DNA from: Parasitella parasitica NRRL 2501
Taxonomy: Eukaryota; Fungi; Mucoromycota
DNA: 33,736 nt
Direction of reading: 5' to 3'
Assembly (NCBI GenBank): GCA_025201805.1
Contig: MU619425.1
Span: 5,213 to 38,948, forward strand
Below are positions 1 to 11,099 of this stretch, piece by piece; position 1 is the first letter of the stretch; every line of letters begins with the position of its first letter. A program made the translations under genes and the position numbers. The notes beneath the pieces were generated by a model that ran no database searches, was not told the origin of the DNA, and saw nothing but the letters and a program-made list of their open reading frames with translations.

Positions 1-6
1 AGACAT

Positions 7-275
7 TGCGATATCCAGTGACCGTTGAGATATTATACTGATTCGTATCTGATACAATCATATAATATATTTGCAGTAAATCAGCAAGCGTAGTAATTGT
101 AGGAATTGATATAGTGCAGATGTAGCAGTGCGTATACATCAATATGTCAATTTCTATACCTGCTATTTGTGTATCTTTGTAGTCATAGCTATTATTATTG
201 GGGATGACAATATTATATGATGAGAATCTAGTCTAGTTGACTTCAATGCGCTTTTAGTTACGACATTCCATTGCA
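7..275 (+). other. Long imperfect foldback (nested helices with many G.U pairs); candidate structured RNA
   Basis: Hand-paired colinear helices: 7-12/270-275, 18-22/257-261, 23-29/242-248, 37-49/219-232, 50-54/211-215, 71-76/177-182, 84-88/166-170, 91-95/161-165, 98-113/143-158 (16 bp), 119-124/135-140. Confidence 0.45.
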
Positions 276-1058
276 CCCTGATTTACCCGCGCACATTGGC
301 CCCTTGATCTGGCTACAAGTCCTATAGCATATTGTTGATATAACACCATCTTCCAATATTGCCACCTCGTTTTCTTTCTTTACAGCATTTATCATTCCAT
401 AAAAGTCAAATAATTTTTTTTTTTAATTCATTTTCAAACGCTGCCGTGTCATCTGGTTTGCGATATCATGTCAGTTTACCATGTTAGACTCCTTAATAGA
501 CTATCCAAAAGCAACTCACTTTTATATTCAAAATTTAGGATTATGTAAAGAACATACCTTCTTCTGACTGTTGTGATGGCATAGTTTTCGCAAACCGAGC
601 GCCAATACAGTTTGAAGTTTTCCAGCTAAACAAGCATATTATAATCCATCTTCAAAACGAAAAAATTCTGTACATGAGTGAGAAGGAGGAATTCAGATAA
701 TCTGAAATTTTCAAGATTTGAAGCGTATTTTTCAATTAAAAAACCTTGGTGGTCGCCCTGAATAGCGGAGCGTCTCCTTGTCAAAGCAGATGGTCGCCAT
801 TTCGAATCCCGGTGTAGACTGTTGGAGTTGATGCTTTGATGGAGCACTAATGTCCTGCCTGATGTTTGTTGCTAATCCACTATTTTCGTATGACCTTCGG
901 CATGCCTGTCTTGGCTCTTAGCTCGACTCCTTATGTAGCAGATTTCGATCCAAACTTTCATTAATTATCTTATAAATCAACTATCTAAATACATACTAAA
1001 TCTTCATTTAAAATAACAAAAACATTGTCATATGCTATTATGAGCCTACAAAAAAAAA

Positions 1059-2457
1059 TCATTTATCAGGAAAAGACTCAAAGCATATGTCACAAAAGTA
1101 GCACGGCGAGAATCCGCTCACAATATCTTCGTGTGTGATTTTCGTAGTTGGGTATACCGAGCACATGGAGCATTTGAACCGATCACAGCGCAGATTCCTT
1201 GTCGTGCGAGGAAACTGGCTCTTTGATCTATACTCGCTACTTGAAATTAAGCGTACAACGTCGATGAGTATCATGTATTCACAGCTATCCTGGCGCACAA
1301 AGGCAAATGATTTGTGCAGCTCGATTGTAACGTCCTGTATAATCGCTCTCTCCTTGCTCTCTGTTTGGTATTTTGTGCACGAGACAATTCACGCTTTTTT
1401 GCCAGCCAAGAATCAATCCATGCGTCGTAGTAATCAACGGGTATGTCGTCCTTGCATCGGGTATCAGTATAGAAGACATGATTCATGTATATGATGGATG
1501 ATGATAACTTTGTCTTTGTTGTTTTTACAATCTTTTTGTGGGGATCTTGATTTTTGTGATTTCTATTTAACGTAAAGTCTGATTGGCAGTAAATGGCATC
1601 TCGCAAACTGAATAGCATCTATGAGCCTAACATCTCTACCTCCTGAAAATTGGCGTGTGGGTTCTTTGGGTTGAAAATGGTGATTGCGATCAAAGTATCG
1701 TCTACGGTGCTTTTGTGTTTGCTTGGAGTGTCATTATACTAGAATGAAAGTGGCGTAAGTATTCAATTTTGAACCATTTTGTGGTATATTTACATCTTCT
1801 TTGACATAAATTAAATGTGTCAATGTCGGCTTGTCTTGGTGAAAGAGTGCACAAGTTATTTGATTGCACTGTTTTTAATGGACTTTGGCGGATCAGCTTT
1901 GAAGTCTCATCCCGTGTTCTGATCAATTCATCTTTTGCATGGACGTTCTCCATTACATCCAAGCTTATATTGATGGGTTCAGGAAATAACTGTACAGGCG
2001 TTTACAGCTCTGATGATTTTGATGTTGCCTTGTTATTTTACACCTGAGCAATGTATTTTCGCAATTTTGGTGCTAATGGATTGATGTATTTCTGATCATG
2101 ATTTAGGCTATTTTCCACATTCTCTTACATGGTGGTTACTTCTTGTTCAACCACTCGAGCGCTGGTTACATCCTTTGCTTGAGGCTTTCTAAAAGTTATG
2201 ATATCTGAGGGATCTCGAACACGAGAAGGCCTTACCCCTCTTGTGTTCATAAGGGAATAAGATTCCTCAGGGATACGAGCCAGGAGATCTCGATCTTGGA
2301 AGATTTCTGAAAGAGCGATTGTATTGTATTTTGACTCGAGTTTCAAATGCTCGTATTTACGCTTCTTTGCATTAATGTCCTTAGCTTTTTCGATTGATGG
2401 TTGAGCCTCAAATGGAATTTTGAATTCGGGCTTCAGTGATTTAGGGTTTATTTTCAT
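1059..2457 (-). pseudogene. SNAPC3: snRNA-activating protein complex subunit 3 (SNAP50 family), disrupted
   Basis: Fragments QEVEMLGS*MLFSLRDAIYC, VFYTDTR and CSMC...SPCYFCDICF match SNAPC3. Lesions: TAG at 1619-1621 in the LGSQ motif, a frameshift near 1370, an apparent frameshift just before the 1739-1793 intron, and in-frame TAA at 2125, 2038 and 2002. Confidence 0.8.
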
Positions 2458-2552
2458 GATGTTTATTCAAAAAGGACAATGAAAGAAATACAAGAGAATG
2501 GCTTTGTGACGTTTTACATGCTGAGTGAGTGAAAAGAGAACCACACCCAGAC

Positions 2553-3104
2553 CTATTGTGAAATGCAGCCAAATGTATTTTCACCAGCATAACTTTAGAA
2601 GGTCAATCAGACAGAGGGCACTCATAAATACAGTATACATAGTTTACTTCATGTATAGAAACCCGTCTTCATCCTTGAACTTTCCATAGAGATTTGCAAG
2701 TGAATCTATCATAACACACACCACTGTAAATCATTTTATCACTGCATGAAAGATACAAATCTGCCACTGTTGGTAAATTGCCGTCGATATACATATATAT
2801 TGCCTTTTCTTCTGATAATCTGATCCCCTTTCGAATGGCATAGATAAACTGTCCAAGGCAAAGATCAGATGGAATCAAGTATTTCTGCTTTGCAATGTTT
2901 GGGATGCTGTTTCCTAGAACCTTTTCGCAGATGATTGGAATCCGACCAGGGTACTTCGCCAGGACTCGTTTAGATTCTTTTAGGCGAGTGTCTATCCATA
3001 AAATTTCTGTTAAGATATTGAGCTTTTGTGTCTACAAAGATAGGTATGAATATACCAAATGAGTATCTTGCTTTAAATGACAAAGATTTGGTTGATTTCG
3101 CCAT
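2553..3104 (-). CDS. ATG8: Divergent ATG8/GABARAP-family protein, 4 exons (3056-3104, 2761-2991, 2648-2705, 2553-2592); intron 2 begins AT, so possibly a pseudogene
   Basis: Spliced translation contains KYPGRIPIICEK, KYLIPSDLCLGQFIYAIRK and [22 protein letters not shown]. Introns are 64, 55 and 55 nt. Confidence 0.9.
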
Positions 3105-3796
3105 AGTTTTGTTTTATAAATAATAAAAAGATTGGAAAAACTAGAATCAATCTTAATAATAGTCAAATGGAGTATAACAATTCTTTTAATCTATCTTTTC
3201 TCTCTTTTTTTTTAGCCACTATTATACATGAATGCAGTCAGAGGTGATACTTTCGGCCATAGTTCCCTATATGCGCTGTTTTAAGCCTATCTGACAGACA
3301 ATCTTTTTAATCTTCATTACAGGATTAAAAAAAAAGTTTTACTATGGATAGTCAAGCAATACAGATTCCTATAGCTTCATCTGTGTAATGAAGCTTTTCC
3401 CTTGAAATGGGTCGCAATGAAAGCCTTAAAAGAACAAGTTAGGGATACTGTCGGAACAGAGCTCTTTCCGTACACAGCTAATATCTGTGCAACCATTACA
3501 GAGCATAAAAGCCAGACTCTAGTTCGATCAAAGGAATTGTCGTCGTTTTCGTTATTTATTATTGAGAATTCTTCTCGCGAAAATTATTCATATGTATAAT
3601 AACTGCAAACTTTCAAATACAATTTAATTTAAACAGGACATCGATAGTTGCAACTCCATTGCTAGCATTGGAAGCCGAGCCGCTGTAACATTTAAGCAAC
3701 CAGATTCGGTAGCATATAAATTAAGAAGGATAGGCGCGTTTATTTTTTTATCCTTTTATTTTTCTCATTCTATAGTTTAGGTCTCCAAGCCATAAA

Positions 3797-6700
3797 ATGA
3801 TTTTCTCTTATAAATCTATAACTAGTTCTATGAATCGACTAGTGCTTAAAATTTCTAAAGTATCTGTCATGAACCCTATCGAAATGATGGTGGCAACCCT
3901 TATTTTGGCTTCAGTCACCTATGTCTATTTGTTTAATTTGGCAAAATCATCAGAAATTTTATCTACTGCGAACATCTATGACACATCTTATATGTCCACT
4001 ATTCTGTATGCTTCCCCCAATGACGTTTCGTTTTCACCATTGAAACAAGACCCATCTGTGCCAATAGCATCTACATCACGTATTGAACTGAAACAGCTAT
4101 CTATTGCCTTGTCTGATCCATCAAACAAATACAACATGGAAACTATCAAGCGTTTCCATGACTACATTGAATCGGCACAACTTGATTTTTCCGATATGAA
4201 TCAGGGTCAACAGCGAGAACAAGGAATCATGACATATAAAAACGACTTGTGTTATAACGCTTCAACGACGTGCCCAAAACTTAATACAGTGATCAAAGAT
4301 AGCAATGTCATTCTGTCATTTGTATTCGATCTGAACGACGATCAACGTGTCAGGGCGTCTCATTTATGGGATAAAAAAGTAATGGCTTCTTCGCTAGACA
4401 GGTTGATTCCCATGACAACCCATCATTACCACTCGGAAAGCATCAGTACAGTCGTTTGGTTGATTAGAATCATCAAGAATATCTCTAGAGATACAGCCAA
4501 CCGAATGAATGTAAGGAATGATGACTTTTGTTATCTGATCTGTCGTGCATATAATCTTTAATTTATCTATACTTATATGTGGCCCATATCTATTAGAGTG
4601 CGTCCAGAGTTGATATTATTGTTGTGACAGCAGGGTACGTCATGATGGCCTTCACTTTCTTATCATTGTATATAAGAATGCATAAATTGGGTTCAAAATA
4701 TACGTTAGGTAAAACGCCCAACAAAAACAAAAGAAGCATCTTAGAAAAACAAATAACATATGCTAACTTTTTTATTTTTTTATTTAACCATAAAGCTACG
4801 ACTATATTCATGTCTGGCTTCTTTTCATTTATGCTGGCTTTAGTAACAGCATATAAACTAGGTGCGCCAGTAAACCCGATTTTGTTGAGGTAAATGGAGA
4901 AAGTCTAATAAGTGTAATAGATCAACAAAAGTGCTTGATGCTGATCCCTTGACACAAATATAGTGAAGCGACACCCTTTTTGGTAGTGACGATAGGGTTT
5001 GAAAGACCATACAAGCTCACAAAATACATACTTGAACACGAAAGCAACAACAATAACAACAGTAACGTGTTACATATCATTTCTCAGTCTGTTCAGGCGA
5101 TTGCACCTTCTCTGATTCGTGATGGATTGCTAGAGATTATTGTCTTTATCTTGGGTGCAAAGTCAACCCTACCTGGATTTCGCGAATTTTGCTTAATGAG
5201 TGCGTTTTTGATTGCATATGACATTATACTCATGTTCACCTGGTATATTTCGGTTTTATCATTGAAACTTGAGGTATATGTATAAAGTCAATTGCAGCAA
5301 ACAAACATGGAATACTTATACTGCATACGTATAGTTACGCAAGATAAAGGAGACGACTACAACATCATCACCCTCGTTAGCTATATCCGGAAATCGATCA
5401 ACATTGCAGTCAAATCACAGTGCTTCTGAAAATTCCAACAATGCTAGAAACAAGAAACCAGCCATCATCAAGACTAAATTACTACTGGTATGTTGGCTTG
5501 AAATAATACCTGATTATACAAAAAAAAATTTAACACCTATCAGATCATATGCTTCCTGTCTATGCATGTGTTTGAATTCTGCTCCACTCTGTCTTTCTCC
5601 TCGTCCAGAAGCAGATCAAGCTCTCTAACTCAAGTGCCTGTAGTCGGTCCTACTATCGAGCCAATCTTGTCGTTTATATTAAACCAACACAGATCTTCTG
5701 GATCAACTGATGGTCTCTTGCTCAAGATATCTCCCTCTATTCGCTTCCAGCTTTTGTCCCAATCCAACCTTCAGGGGCTCCCACCAGTGAAGAGTGTCTT
5801 GGCAGGGATATACAACACGTACAACGTTTATGCACAGGATCCCGTGATTAGCAAATGGGTTGTTGTTATATTGATGGTTTCTATTCTTCTGAATACATAT
5901 TTGTTTGAGATTGCTAAATACAACAGACAAACATCGCGAAGATACCACTCATCACCGACTGAAGAACACCGACTTGTACAATCCCCTGCTCCCAAATTAA
6001 GGCAAAAGTCTGTTGCGACTAGCCCAGACACGGCCAACAGAAGCAGAAATGCATCTCTTGAAAGCACACCCACAACCAAACGTCGTAGCGACAAGCAGCA
6101 CCAGCAATTAGGTATTCGCACGCTAGAAGAATGTCTCCACATCCTTGGAAACGCAGAGCAAGGAGCATCCACCCTCGCTGATGAAGAGATTATTCTGCTG
6201 ATTCAGCATGCTCATATCGCTCCTTATGCGCTTGAAAAAATCCTTGGTGATCTAGAGCGTGCTGTTCATATCCGTAAAACGGTGATTTCTCGCGCCTCCA
6301 TCACTCAAACGTTGGAGTCAAGCGCTCTGCCTGTTGCAGGGTACGATTACGCTAAAGTATTGGGTGCTTGCTGTGAGAATGTGATTGGGTACATGCCCAT
6401 CCCTGTGGGTGTGGCTGGTCCTATGGTTATTGATGGGGAGAGCATACATCTGCCGATGGCGACTACTGAGGGTTGTCTTGTTGCATCTGTAGCCCGTGGC
6501 TGTAAAGCTGTCAATGCTGGTGGCGGCGCAACCACCGTACTCACTGCCGACGGCATGACGCGTGGCCCGTGCGTAGAATTCCCCAGCATTGTAGAAGCTG
6601 GCCATTGTAAGCGATGGATTGATCAAGAAGGGGGCTTCGACATCGTGGCACAGGCCTTCAACAGCACATCCAGATTTGCTCGTGTTCGTAAAATGCAAAT

Positions 6701-7556
6701 TGCTATGGCTGGAAAACTGCTGTACATCCGCTTCTCAACAACCACAGGCGATGCAATGGGCATGAACATGATTTCCAAAGGCTGTGAAAAGGCACTCACA
6801 ACCATTGCCGAGTATTTTCCAACGATGCAAATCGTGTCTCTGTCTGGCAACTATTGCACTGATAAAAAGCCAGCTGCTGTCAACTGGATCGAAGGCCGTG
6901 GTAAATCTGTTGTGACAGAAGCTGTCATCCCGAGTGATGTGGTTGAAAAAGTACTCAAAACAACAGTGAGTGCTTTGGTCGACCTCAACATTTCGAAAAA
7001 CTTGATAGGATCAGCCATGGCAGGCTCAGTGGGTGGCTTCAATGCGCACGCTGCCAACATCCTCACTGCAATGTTTATAGCAGCAGGACAGGATCCTGCC
7101 CAGAATGTTGAAAGCAGCAACTGTATCACCTTGATGAAGTCAGTAAATAATGGCGCTGGCCTACATATTTCATGCAGCATGCCAAGCATTGAAGTAGGCA
7201 CTGTGGGCGGCGGCACCATTTTGGCTCCCCAACAGGCTATGCTGGACATGCTTGGTGTGAGAGGCCCCCATCCTACTGACCCAGGTAGAAATGCGCAGAA
7301 GCTGGCCAGAATCATTTGCGCTGCCGTGATGGCAGGTGAATTGTCGTTGTGTGCTGCTTTGGCAGCAGGACACTTGGTCAAAGCGCATATGCAGCATAAT
7401 AGGGGGACTGCTGTAACTAACCCCAATACCATACCCACAGATGACGAAAAGAAGGAGAAAAAGAGCAAAAAAGTCCCTGTTACGCCAGCTTCTACACCAA
7501 GGTCTTCGCTTTCGCGTCAAAATACACTGACGGAAATGGGTGAATGTTTATTATAG
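3797..7556 (+). CDS. hmgR: HMG-CoA reductase (class I, with membrane/sterol-sensing N-terminus), multi-exon
   Basis: Motifs [41 protein letters not shown] and [10 protein letters not shown]-terminal hydrophobic exons ([15 protein letters not shown]) are joined by GT-AG introns, e.g. 4511-4596. Confidence 0.97.
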
Positions 7557-7793
7557 ATCTTTTGTTGAAGTAATTGCTAGTTAATTATTTAATAAAATCC
7601 GTCTTTTTGAGCTTCACTGTCTGAGACTTCTATTATATGGAAATTATGCATTAAGGCTTTGTTTTACCTTGGAGTACAATAAAGGCCAATTGTTGAGTGG
7701 TGGTACAAAATGTCACCTCTGGCTGTCCATAAATAGGCAACAAACGAAGCATCAGTTAAGCTTTTCCTCTTCTTCATCAACTCTATACAAATC

Positions 7794-9210
7794 ATGAGCG
7801 TTTTTAACAAACAGCAACTCAAGCAACTCTCAGAGTCAATCAGGCGACATAAAAGAACCGGAAACTACGTTAAACATACATTTGACCCTAAAATGCATCA
7901 TCAGTTCCTAGACCTTTACTGTTTCATGTGGAAAGCTCACCGTTATACGAGAGATTATCCATTTGAACTTTTTTATGACATACATATGATCAGTCCAGGC
8001 TACATTGAAAAATCTCAAAAGCCCATGCCCAGTGTTTTCAAAGCGTTTTACCGCATCAACCTGGAAACGTTTGGCAGAATTGTCATAATAGGCAAAGCAT
8101 CCAAAGGGCTCCTCCCTGACATCTCGGTTGAACTCCAGGTAGCCTGCATCTTTTGGAGATTCACAAACACTCATTTCGGATCACTTATTCTGACTCGTAC
8201 TGGTTTATCAGCCATAACATACCGGCAAATACATAAGGCTTTCATCAAGGTCTTGAGGAACCAAAGTGGGAAGATGATGAATTGGCCGTATAAAGATTTC
8301 AGGAGGGCACAAGAGATTTCCGGTGGATTCAAGCGCTCAGGTGGTTTAAATGGTGTCATCGGTGTCGTCAACTGTAAAAGAGCCGCCATTCGCTACAGGC
8401 AAATCATTGCCGACACAGTCAACAAAGACGCTGTGATGTTTATCAATGCATTTGCTGTCTTTGACCATATAGGGAAGTTCAATTATCTACAAGCAAATAA
8501 CGCTGGTTTGTGATTTTTGATCTACATTTGTATACTTTTGCAATGGCTAACGTCAATACTTGACCTTCTACGGATATATAGGTAATTTACACAATACAAA
8601 TGTGTTCTCTGTGAGCCCTTTGTTCAAGAAAATGGCTCAAGATTCGTCTGGAATGTTTCCAAATAACACGTGCTTAATAGCCGGTAAGTACACACACCAT
8701 GACACACAAACCCTCTGTAAAACTCAGCATGCATGCTAACAGTGATTTCAGACTCTGACTTCCCTGTCATGGATAATGTCATTCCTCCCTTTAAACAAGC
8801 CATGGCCTCTTTTGATCCAGAACAAGCCTTCTTTAATCTGGTGCATTCAAAAAAACGGATAACGTTTATAAGGATCTAACATTTCGATGGAAATTCTTGT
8901 GGGGACTGCAGGAAATGGATGCCCCTCAAGAAATTGAAGTTTTCATTACTTGCTGTGCATAGATATGGACGATAAGGAGCACACCAAATTTTTCAACTAT
9001 GAGTTATTTGAAATGTTTACTGAGCGCTCAGCGTCTGCGCTAGAATGCGAACTTGACTATGACAAAAGCATAGCTAAATATCAAAATATGGCTCTGCGTA
9101 GTACAGCTTTGAGGAAGAGGAAGAGGAATCTTCAGCAATTGGTACAATCAGGGACCCTGCGACGAGCGCTTATGGTCACCAACCTGTGCAGGCAACAACA
9201 ATACATTTGA
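7794..9210 (+). pseudogene. PIF/Harbinger (DDE_Tnp_4, HARBI1-like) transposase-derived gene with substituted catalytic residues and 3' frameshifts
   Basis: Motifs FKAFYRINLETF, MMNWP, VIGVVNCK (cf. GAIDGTH), AGNLHNTNV (cf. PGSxHD), LIADSDFP (cf. LLGDSGYP), FNLVHSKKR and RWKFL...FITCCA. Introns 8506-8581 and 8684-8751. TAA at 8877-8879; frameshifts near 8865 and 8958. Confidence 0.82.
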
Positions 9211-9951
9211 GAACCCTTAATGGCCACTTTTTTTTGTTTTGCTGAAAGCAACAATAATTTCATACACTTAGTACGTACAATACATTTTCATGGACACAAA
9301 GACCTTGCAGAAATTCTTACATCTAATAAACATGCGACATAAAATAACTTTCTATGATATTCACTTTACATTCTTAATTCAACACATTAACCACGACCTT
9401 CCACCACAAGCTTTTTTGATAATAAATATCGCCATTCAAAAATTGATAAAACCTTGTTGAGCAGCTTTGTTGTTTATGCATTTCTACTGGTGTCTCACAT
9501 GTGTTATTCAAGATTCAGTCAAGAAGATTTATACCGGAACAATCAATGTCTTTTTACTAGTAAACATTTATCTCTAGATAATGGCACAATAGATACTTTC
9601 TTGCTGCGCAAACAGACCAAGTAGTACGATTTAATGTTTTTAAATATCTCGTCTACAAGACTGAAATATAATAAAAGCAAACGAGAAAGTACTACTCTCT
9701 GGCTTTTTTTTATTTTACGTTTAAATTATGTGATATATAGCAGTGTACTTTCAAAAGAAAAATGGTGGATACTAATGTCGTATTTCTAATACAAGTATAT
9801 TTATCAAGGTATCATTTATGATATAACATTTGAGGTGGGAATTACTTTTATAATGGAAAAAAAAAGAGCCAAGTAGATGTTGTCATAGATCAACTGATAA
9901 CAACTGTTTCTGTGTTCAACGATAAGTATAGCAGAAACAAGATGTGGGAGG

Positions 9952-10160
9952 CTAAGCAGATACGGGACAATTCTACAAGAAAAATTAGTGATTAAAAATT
10001 GGATTCACTAAAACCCTACTCTTGTCATATGTACACTAGATCCACAAATTAAGCAGCTTTTAGCTCTATTTTGCTCATGACTATAACTTGATGCAGATGC
10101 TGTTGCAATCTCAGGTACGACGGCAACAGAATTGCTCTTCGAAGTAGTAGAATTTGGCAT
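9952..10160 (-). CDS. 53-aa protein with a single CCHC zinc knuckle, 2 exons (10020-10160, 9952-9972)
   Basis: MPNSTTSKSNSVAVVPEIATASASSYSHEQNRAKSCLICGSSVHMTR|NCPVSA*. The 47-nt intron GTAGGG...CACTAAT...TGTAG (9973-10019) completes C-x2-C-x4-H-x4-C. Confidence 0.7.
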
Positions 10161-11099
10161 ATTTAATGGAAGCTTCTTAGCAAAGAATAAAATAAAAGTA
10201 AAAATAACAAAAGCAAAAGTAAAAGATTAAGAATATTTATACTTTTTTTCCGTTGTCAAACTAATGATGAAGACAATAAGGTAATAATGGCTATTCCAAA
10301 CGTATTGCTCTATGAGTTTTGAATAAACGTTACACTATTTGTTTACAACGTGGAACTGATCTGAGAAATTTCAATATTTTCAATGGATAATCACATTGCC
10401 CGTCTTCCCACTTGCTTCACTTGTACCCGTTTCTCACAACTTCTGTCGTGAGTGTATACAGATTTTACGTAATGCCCGCGCCATATTCTACGCACTGTTG
10501 TCATAGGTAAAATTTATATTATAAAAGGATTACTAAGTCCTTTACAACTTCATATGCCAATGTGTTACCGTAGTTTCCATTAAAGTATAAGAATGGGGAA
10601 AAGTTTAAAAGCTTACATATGGTACATTTCAATGTAAGACTATGCGACAGCACTAATTTAAGAATTAGATGTTCGTCTTCGTCAAAATATATATTTGAAT
10701 AGGCTGATTTAAAACAGGGGCCGAACCAGTAAAGCTATTGGCAACAAATATTGAGAAAAGGCAATCAAGACGTGAAGAAAAGAAACCTTGTGATGGTTTA
10801 TATATGTGTATAAATGAAAGAAACACATGTGAATCGACCTATTATCAGAGTATACATGTGGCTAATTAATCTTTTGCAGAAAGGGTGTCTTTTAGCCCTA
10901 TTATGCACTAATTTCCAACCCTTGATATTTGGTTTAAATTATTTTCAACGGATTCAAGGAGTACACTTTTACCTGAGATACATAAACATGGTTATGATGG
11001 CGTTAGGAGGAGCTATCACATAAAATGGTGCCACAAACCCTGTAAATGAGAACAAAGAGTCGATTTTATTCACTGATAAGGACAAATTTAAATCATTAT

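Noticed and set aside
268-278. CCATTGCAC resembling the U1 snRNA loop II
   Set aside because: No ATACTTACCTG 5' end, loop I or Sm site in the right arrangement.
540-950. 73-aa minus-strand ORF (626-847) as a gene
   Set aside because: Non-ATG start, no motif and no convincing splice model; could be a decayed fragment.
1619-2127. Stop-codon reassignment or editing to explain the SNAPC3 in-frame stops
   Set aside because: TAA and TAG terminate neighbouring intact genes normally, and frameshifts co-occur.
2749-2756. GTATCTTT as a U12-type donor in ATG8 intron 2
   Set aside because: Gives the wrong phase with available acceptors, and no U12 branch consensus was seen.
5703-7520. Antisense ORFs over hmgR (likewise over the Myb, PUL and Ste23 genes)
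   Set aside because: Shadow ORFs of strongly coding sequence with no motifs.
7539-7556. HMGR C-terminal GECLL as a CaaX box
   Set aside because: Cys is third from the end, not fourth.
7651-7665. TAA-GGCTTTGTTTT as a left PIF/Harbinger TIR
   Set aside because: No matching right TIR with a TAA/TTA duplication was found downstream of the gene.
10814-11023. 69-aa ORF in the intergenic region
   Set aside because: No motif or coherent gene model.
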